From: Candidatus Hydrogenedentota bacterium
GTDB lineage: Bacteria; Hydrogenedentota; Hydrogenedentia; Hydrogenedentales; SLHB01
DNA length: 64,000 nt
NCBI GenBank assembly: GCA_045863335.1
Contig: BTVY01000006.1
Coordinates: forward strand, 64,001 to 128,000
Direction of reading: 5' to 3'
Below, piece by piece: positions 58,646-64,000 of the stretch (positions are counted from its first letter, which is position 1; each line of letters opens with the position of its first letter). The position numbers and the translations under genes were made by a program. The notes under the pieces were generated by a model. That model saw only the letters and a list, made by a program, of their open reading frames with translations, was not told where the DNA came from and did no database searches.

Positions 58646-60255
58646 TCCCTTTTCTTCGTTCCCGCAAGCGCAGCCGCGTTTCGCACAAGGTTGACGAATT
58701 CCGCCCGATAGCCGTATTCATCGACCCCGCGGCTGGCATTGGCCAACGCGATGACGTCATCGTACTTCACGTCGTTGATGAACTCCGATTCGCGTAACAA
58801 CATTCCGAATTCCGCAACGGACGCCGCAAACTGGAAGTCAGTCGTCATGCCCTCCAGCGTGTCCATCGAATCCCGAACGGGAAAGGACAGCAGCGTGCTT
58901 TCCTCAGACTTGGGCGCTTTGTAACGCACCTTCACGAGAAACAACTCGCCTTCAAATGCCGCTTCCGTGGGTGTCGTCGTCTGATATCGCAAGTCGTCCA
59001 CATTGGCGCCGGGCACCTCCTGCCCCGCAGGCACCAACTCATACAACGCCGTGACCGTGTGGCCTGCGCCAATTTCGCCGGCGTCCTTGGTATCGTCGTT
59101 GAACTCCTCATCGGCGAGCAGCCGGTTCTCGTATCCGATGAGACGATATCCCGCCACCCGCGCGGGATTGAATTCGACCTGGATTTTCACGTCCTTCGCG
59201 ATCGTGACCAGCGTGCCGGTCATCTGTTCAAGCAGGGCCTTACGCGCTTCGGTGAGCGAGTCGATATAGCCGTAGTTACCGTCGCCTTCGTCCGCAAGCT
59301 GTTCGAGCCGGTCGTCTTTCAGATTGCCCATGCCGAAACCAAGCACCGTAAGGAACACGTCCTTCTTCGCCTGTTCGCGAATGATGCGGACCAGTTCGTC
59401 CGAATCCGTGACGCCGACATTGAAGTCTCCGTCAGTACAGAGAATTACTCGATTGATGGCATTCTTTCGGTATTCATCGCTCACCATGCGGTAGGCCGTC
59501 ACCAGCCCTTCGCTGCCATGCGTCGATCCGCCCGCACCGAGGTTTTCGATCACCTGCAACGCCTTGGCTTTGTTGCCTTCCGTGCAACGAATGGAATCGA
59601 GTGCCACGCCTGCGCTGCCGGCGTAGGTCACGATGCCCAGCCGGTCCTCAGCCTGCAACTGGGGTACGAGCAACCGCAGCCCGCGCTTGACCAACGGCAG
59701 CTTGTTCTCCGGCTGCATCGATCCCGACACGTCGATGAGAAAGACGAGGTTTGCCGCGGGACGTTCGGCGGCCGCGATCTCCTCGCCTTTGATGCCGATG
59801 CGCGCGAGCCGGTGGTTCGCCTCCCACGGACAGGGTCCGACTTCGTTCGTCACGCTAAACGGCGCATCGCCTTCGGGCTGCGGGTAGTCGTAGGGGAAGT
59901 AGTTGATTAACTCCTCTACGCGTACCGCGTCCGCCGGAGGCAGCGTCCCGTCGTTCAGGAAGCGGCGCACATTGGCGTACGAGGCCGTGTCCACGTCGAT
60001 GGAAAAGGTGGACAAGGGCGTGTGCTGGGCCGTCTTGAAGGTATTCTCCTCAATTTCCTTGTACGCCTCCGTGTTGGGCTCCGGCGTGGCGTAAAGGGGC
60101 ATTCCCGCTACGGCGGGGGGTGCCATCGGCGGGGGCGGCGGCGGCGCATTGGGAGGGGCGTTTTCCGCACTGAGGTAGGACGCGCTCTTCGAGGCGCACC
60201 CGCCAAGACCTGCGAGAAGTATCAACATCGTTACGGTGAGACAAAGCGGTTTCAT
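58642..60255 (-). CDS. VWA domain lipoprotein (YfbK-like)
   Basis: STFSIDVDTASY, VRVEELINYF, DVSGSM, TDGDFN, IAKDVKIQVEFNP, DAGEIG. Confidence 0.93.
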   Translation of the reverse strand: MKPLCLTVTMLILLAGLGGCASKSASYLSAENAPPNAPPPPPPMAPPAVAGMPLYATPEPNTEAYKEIEENTFKTAQHTPLSTFSIDVDTASYANVRRFLNDGTLPPADAVRVEELINYFPYDYPQPEGDAPFSVTNEVGPCPWEANHRLARIGIKGEEIAAAERPAANLVFLIDVSGSMQPENKLPLVKRGLRLLVPQLQAEDRLGIVTYAGSAGVALDSIRCTEGNKAKALQVIENLGAGGSTHGSEGLVTAYRMVSDEYRKNAINRVILCTDGDFNVGVTDSDELVRIIREQAKKDVFLTVLGFGMGNLKDDRLEQLADEGDGNYGYIDSLTEARKALLEQMTGTLVTIAKDVKIQVEFNPARVAGYRLIGYENRLLADEEFNDDTKDAGEIGAGHTVTALYELVPAGQEVPGANVDDLRYQTTTPTEAAFEGELFLVKVRYKAPKSEESTLLSFPVRDSMDTLEGMTTDFQFAASVAEFGMLLRESEFINDVKYDDVIALANASRGVDEYGYRAEFVNLVRNAAALAGTKKRD

Positions 60256-60406
60256 GACACAACCCCTTGCGTTAAACTGCGCTCACTTCATCGGATGCTA
60301 TCAGTAATCCTATCAGATGGCTGAAAGGTTCCAGCCACTCCCGTTTGATTGAGCGCCCGTTCATGGACCATGCTGTGCGACGCAGAGAGGAGAAACCCGG
60401 ATTCGG

Positions 60407-61186
60407 ATGAGTGCGTTGACCGTTTTAATATTGATCCCGAATGCAGGAGACCGGCTGGAACGCTGCCTGAAGAGCGTCCAGTGGGCGGATGACGTCTTCT
60501 GCGTGGTCGACCCGAACACGTGCGACGGTTCGGATGATGTCGCGCGCAAATATACGGCCCACGTGGTGACGCACGAATACGTGAACAAAGCGGATCAATG
60601 CAACTGGGCCATTCCGCAGATCGAGACCGAGTGGACCCTCGTCCTCGATGCCGACGAGTGGCTATCTCCGGAATTGACGGATCGCATCAAAGGCGTTATC
60701 GCCGACACTTCAAGTGCTGACGGCTATCGCATCAAGCGCATGTCGTATTTCTTCGGCAAATTGATCCGGCATTGCGGCTGGGATCGCGATTACAACGTGC
60801 GCCTGTTCCGCACGAAGAAAGGCCGGTACCGCGTGCAGCGCGTTCATGCCACCATCGATATTGACGGATCGATGGGCCAGATTGACGAGGTCATGTACCA
60901 CGACGACAAGCGCGACTTCGAGGAGTATTTCCGCACCTTCCAGCGTTTCACCACGTGGTCGGCCCAGGACCTCTATGACAAGGGCAAACGCGCGGGCCTG
61001 ATAGACCTGACGCTCCGGCCGGTAAGCCGATTTATCAAAATGTTTATCCTGCGCCGGGGCTTCCGGGACGGGTATCACGGCGCCGTTCTCTGCGGGTTGG
61101 CGGCCTTTTCCGTGTTCACCAAGTACGCCAAGCTGTGGAACATCGCGCGGCTCGCGGATGGCGGCAGCGAAAGGCCGCCCGAGTAA
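60407..61186 (+). CDS. GT2 glycosyltransferase (WaaE/KdtX-like)
   Basis: CLKSVQWAD, LDADEW, RLFR, GFRDG. Confidence 0.9.
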   Translation: MSALTVLILIPNAGDRLERCLKSVQWADDVFCVVDPNTCDGSDDVARKYTAHVVTHEYVNKADQCNWAIPQIETEWTLVLDADEWLSPELTDRIKGVIADTSSADGYRIKRMSYFFGKLIRHCGWDRDYNVRLFRTKKGRYRVQRVHATIDIDGSMGQIDEVMYHDDKRDFEEYFRTFQRFTTWSAQDLYDKGKRAGLIDLTLRPVSRFIKMFILRRGFRDGYHGAVLCGLAAFSVFTKYAKLWNIARLADGGSERPPE

Positions 61187-61265
61187 GTTCCGCGCAGCTC
61201 CGAAGTCTGCTATTCTACGCCGAGACCCCGGTTCGGGGTTCGGCGCTTCCACGAAAGGACCATCG

Positions 61266-62456
61266 ATGAAGACCTTGTATTTCGACTGTTTCAGCGGCGC
61301 GGCGGGCGACATGATCGTCGGCGCGCTGCTTGATCTCGGTGTGGATTTCGACAAGCTGAAATCGGCGCTCGATTCGCTCGAAGTCTCCGGGTATTCCATC
61401 CGGGCCGAGAAGGTGAAGAAGAAGGGCGTCATGGCGACGCAGTTCATCGTGGAGCTGGATCCCAGTGAGAAGCAGCCCCACCGCCACCTTCGCCACGTGC
61501 TGGAGATCATCGACAAGGGCAACCTGCCCGACCAGGTCAAGCAGGCCAGTGCGGAAACGTTCCACCGCATCGCCGAAGCCGAAGCGTCCGTGCACGGGAC
61601 CACCATCGAAAAGGTCCATTTCCACGAGGTCGGCGCGATCGATTCGATTGTGGACGTGGTGGGCGCGCACTTCTGCCTGCACGAACTCGGCTACACTCAC
61701 ATCGCCGCGTCGCCGCTCCATGTCGGCGCCGGTACGGTTAAATGCGCCCATGGAATCATGCCCGTCCCCGCGCCCGCTACGGCACTGCTGTTGAAGGCCA
61801 TCCCCTCGTACGGCGGCGAAGTTCAGTACGAGCTGGTAACCCCAACGGGCGCCGCGTTGCTTGGTCAGATTGCGGCGTCCTTTGGCGCCATGCCGGTCAT
61901 GCGCGTGGAGAAGTTGGGATACGGCAGCGGTACCCGCGATCTCGAAGATCGAGCCAACGTACTGCGCGTCGTCATGGGCGAACGCATTGCGGAGCGATCC
62001 GGAACGGAATCCATCACGGTGCTGGAAACGAACATCGACGACATGAATCCAGAGTTGCTCCCGGAACTGGTTCATGACTTGCTCGACGCCGGGGCGCGCG
62101 ACGCTTTCCTTACGCCGGTGCTCGCAAAAAAGGGGCGGCCGGCGCATGTGGTCACCGTTCTCTGCGACGACGCGCAGGTGCAAGCTATGACGGCTATCCT
62201 GTTTCGCAGTTCAACGACCCTCGGCGTGCGCATGCGCCGTGAAGAGCGCATTACGCTGAGCCGCGAATGGAAACGCGCGTCCACCGAGTGGGGAGACGTG
62301 CGCGTGAAGATCGGCCATTTCCAGGGACAGCGTACGGTCGCTGCACCCGAGTTCGAGGACTGCCGCACCGTTGCGCGGGAAAAGGGCGTGGCCCCGGCCC
62401 AGGTATATCAGGCGGCATTGGCGAAAGCTTTGGTGGGCGATTTGTCGGATTTGTAA
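61266..62456 (+). CDS. larC: Nickel pincer cofactor biosynthesis protein LarC
   Basis: YFDCFSGAAGDM, HFHEVGAIDSIVD, PVPAPAT, TPTGAA, ETNIDD, PEFED. Confidence 0.95.
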   Translation: MKTLYFDCFSGAAGDMIVGALLDLGVDFDKLKSALDSLEVSGYSIRAEKVKKKGVMATQFIVELDPSEKQPHRHLRHVLEIIDKGNLPDQVKQASAETFHRIAEAEASVHGTTIEKVHFHEVGAIDSIVDVVGAHFCLHELGYTHIAASPLHVGAGTVKCAHGIMPVPAPATALLLKAIPSYGGEVQYELVTPTGAALLGQIAASFGAMPVMRVEKLGYGSGTRDLEDRANVLRVVMGERIAERSGTESITVLETNIDDMNPELLPELVHDLLDAGARDAFLTPVLAKKGRPAHVVTVLCDDAQVQAMTAILFRSSTTLGVRMRREERITLSREWKRASTEWGDVRVKIGHFQGQRTVAAPEFEDCRTVAREKGVAPAQVYQAALAKALVGDLSDL

Positions 62457-62458
62457 AA

Positions 62459-62498
62459 GACCGGACCGATCGGACCGATCGGTCGGATCGGTCCAATC
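62459..62498. repeat. Nonamer array (GATCGGACC-type), near-palindromic
   Basis: gaccggacc gatcggacc gatcggtcg gatcggtcc, 2 bp after the larC stop codon. Confidence 0.8.
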
Positions 62499-62611
62499 AC
62501 TGGGCGGTCACCTTTGCGTACGCCGTGCGATTGGGAGTAGGCTACGCCAACGGGTGTCAATCCAATCAGCTTTCCGCGAAGCAACTTGCGGTAGAGGGAG
62601 TCTCGTTCATC

Positions 62612-63118
62612 ATGGCCGACCGTATTGCCGTATACCCCGGCAGTTTCGATCCCCCCACTTTCGGACACATCGATCTCATTCAACGCGCCGCAAAAATATT
62701 CGATACGCTCATCGTGGCGGTCGCGCGCAATTCGGAGAAAGCGGGGCTCTTCACGGTCGAAGAACGCATCGAGATGTTGACTGATATCGTGAAGACATAC
62801 TGCAACGTCGAGGTCACCTCGTTCCGGGGCCTGACCGCCGAGTTTGCGCGTCAGCGCAACGCCATCGCGTTGGTGCGGGGGCTTCGCGTCGTCTCGGATT
62901 TCGAATACGAAATTACCATGGCCATCGCCAACCAGAAATTGAATCCCACCATCGACACCGTCTGCCTCATGCCCAGCGAAAGTTACCTCCTCCTCAGTTC
63001 CCGCATCGTCCGGGAGATCGCCCTGTTCGGGGGCAGCCTGAAAGACTTTGTACCGAAGGACGTCGAAGAGCGGCTGCTGAAAAAGCTCAAGCACAAGCCG
63101 GACTCCAGCTCTTCGTGA
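62612..63118 (+). CDS. coaD: Phosphopantetheine adenylyltransferase
   Basis: YPGSFDPPTFGH, RGLR..SDFEYE. Confidence 0.97.
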   Translation: MADRIAVYPGSFDPPTFGHIDLIQRAAKIFDTLIVAVARNSEKAGLFTVEERIEMLTDIVKTYCNVEVTSFRGLTAEFARQRNAIALVRGLRVVSDFEYEITMAIANQKLNPTIDTVCLMPSESYLLLSSRIVREIALFGGSLKDFVPKDVEERLLKKLKHKPDSSSS

Positions 63119-63218
63119 CGACCTCAACACCTTTCCAATTTAAACCCATATAGCCAAATACGTTACGCAACATGACTCCCAACCCGGCCCCGGATTTCCC
63201 ATTAGCTCAAGTAAATAC

Positions 63219-63247
63219 TTGACAAAATTAGCATTTATTGCTAAATT
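63219..63247 (+). promoter_or_regulatory. sigma70 promoter of the kinase gene
   Basis: TTGACA, 17 bp, TG-c-TAAATT. Confidence 0.65.
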
Positions 63248-63289
63248 GCCCATGATGCCGAAAAAACACAACATCATGCGGATCAAGCC

Positions 63290-64000
63290 ATGGCGAATGC
63301 ACCACATCTGGTAGGCAGCGGCCACGCTTCGCTGCTTGGCACCGCTCTTGGCGGGTACCAGGTCCAGGCCCTCATTGGCCGCGGCGCCATGGGAACCGTC
63401 TACCTCGCCAAGGACACCGCCCTTAACCGTCCCGTCGCCTTGAAGGTTCTATTGGGTAGTCTTGCCCGCAACCCGGCCATGGTCCGGAGCTTCTACCGCG
63501 AAGCCCAGGCCGCCGCGCCCCTGCGCCACCCGGGAATCGTACGGATCTATTCCGCAGGCGTCGAATCCGGAACGCCGTATATCGCCATGGAGTACGTGGC
63601 GGGCGAATCGCTCGACCGGTTTCTCCGCCGCAAGGGCACGGTCTCCTGGCAGGCGGCGCTCCATGTCGGCGCACAGCTAGCCCAAGCTTTGGACTGTGCG
63701 CACGCGGCGGGCGTCATTCACCGCGACGTCAAGCCGGCAAATATCCTGTTAGACCGCCAGGGCCGGGTTCGTCTTGCGGACTTCGGCATCGCCCGCGTGG
63801 CGACCTTGGAGACGCAGGGCGGTCCCGCGAACGGCATTAACGGCATTATCGGTACGCCCGCGTATATGTCGCCAGAGCAGTGCGAAGGCGCCGGCGTAAG
63901 CTCTGCAACGGACTTGTATTCTCTAGGCGTAGTGCTGTTTCAGCTTATGGCGGGGCATGCGCCCTTCCGCGGGGAAACGGCGCAGGCGCTGGTGAAGCAA
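63290..64000 (+). CDS. Hanks-type Ser/Thr protein kinase (3'-truncated; absent from the ORF track)
   Basis: Manual translation: IGRGAMGTVY, VALK, HRDVKPANILL, DFGIA, GTPAYMSPEQ. Confidence 0.95.
   Translation, partial: MANAPHLVGSGHASLLGTALGGYQVQALIGRGAMGTVYLAKDTALNRPVALKVLLGSLARNPAMVRSFYREAQAAAPLRHPGIVRIYSAGVESGTPYIAMEYVAGESLDRFLRRKGTVSWQAALHVGAQLAQALDCAHAAGVIHRDVKPANILLDRQGRVRLADFGIARVATLETQGGPANGINGIIGTPAYMSPEQCEGAGVSSATDLYSLGVVLFQLMAGHAPFRGETAQALVKQ

Noticed and set aside
60119-60160. GC-rich low-complexity run
   Set aside because: Encodes the Pro-rich linker of the VWA lipoprotein.

Overview
High-GC bacterial chromosomal region with about 50 CDSs. The gene style suggests a glycan-degrading organism such as Ca. 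Hydrogenedentota or a PVC-like lineage; this is inference only. Contents: secreted carbohydrate-active enzymes (GH116-like, an (alpha/alpha)6 GH, GH98-like, a BNR-LamG-FAD oxidoreductase fusion, two sulfatases, a Tat-exported Gfo/Idh/MocA protein, two TIM-barrel sugar isomerase-like proteins of which one is Tat-exported, and a PIG-L deacetylase), transporters, and housekeeping genes (recO-lepA-lepB-hemW, waaF-like, pabB/C fusion, larC, coaD, thiolase, E1 alpha/beta fusion, partial Ser/Thr kinase). No rRNA, tRNA, CRISPR array, transposase or integrase was recognised. The most notable signals are non-coding. (1) An unannotated, roughly 195-nt, four-way-junction structured RNA on the minus strand (37549-37743). 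It has a near-consensus sigma70 promoter whose spacer is an NrdR-box-like operator, two more such boxes upstream, two unpaired copies of CCGCAGCCCA, and a downstream hairpin. (2) A four-helix-bundle (Avd-like) gene bracketed by inverted heptamer arrays that abut the stop codons of its neighbours, plus an 'empty' inverted array pair and many solo 6/7/9-mer periodic arrays. (3) Several REP-like palindrome families. Also noted: an in-frame UGA followed by a stem-loop, a tandem LepB with a degenerate second domain, and probable leaderless genes. All structures and alignments were made by eye.
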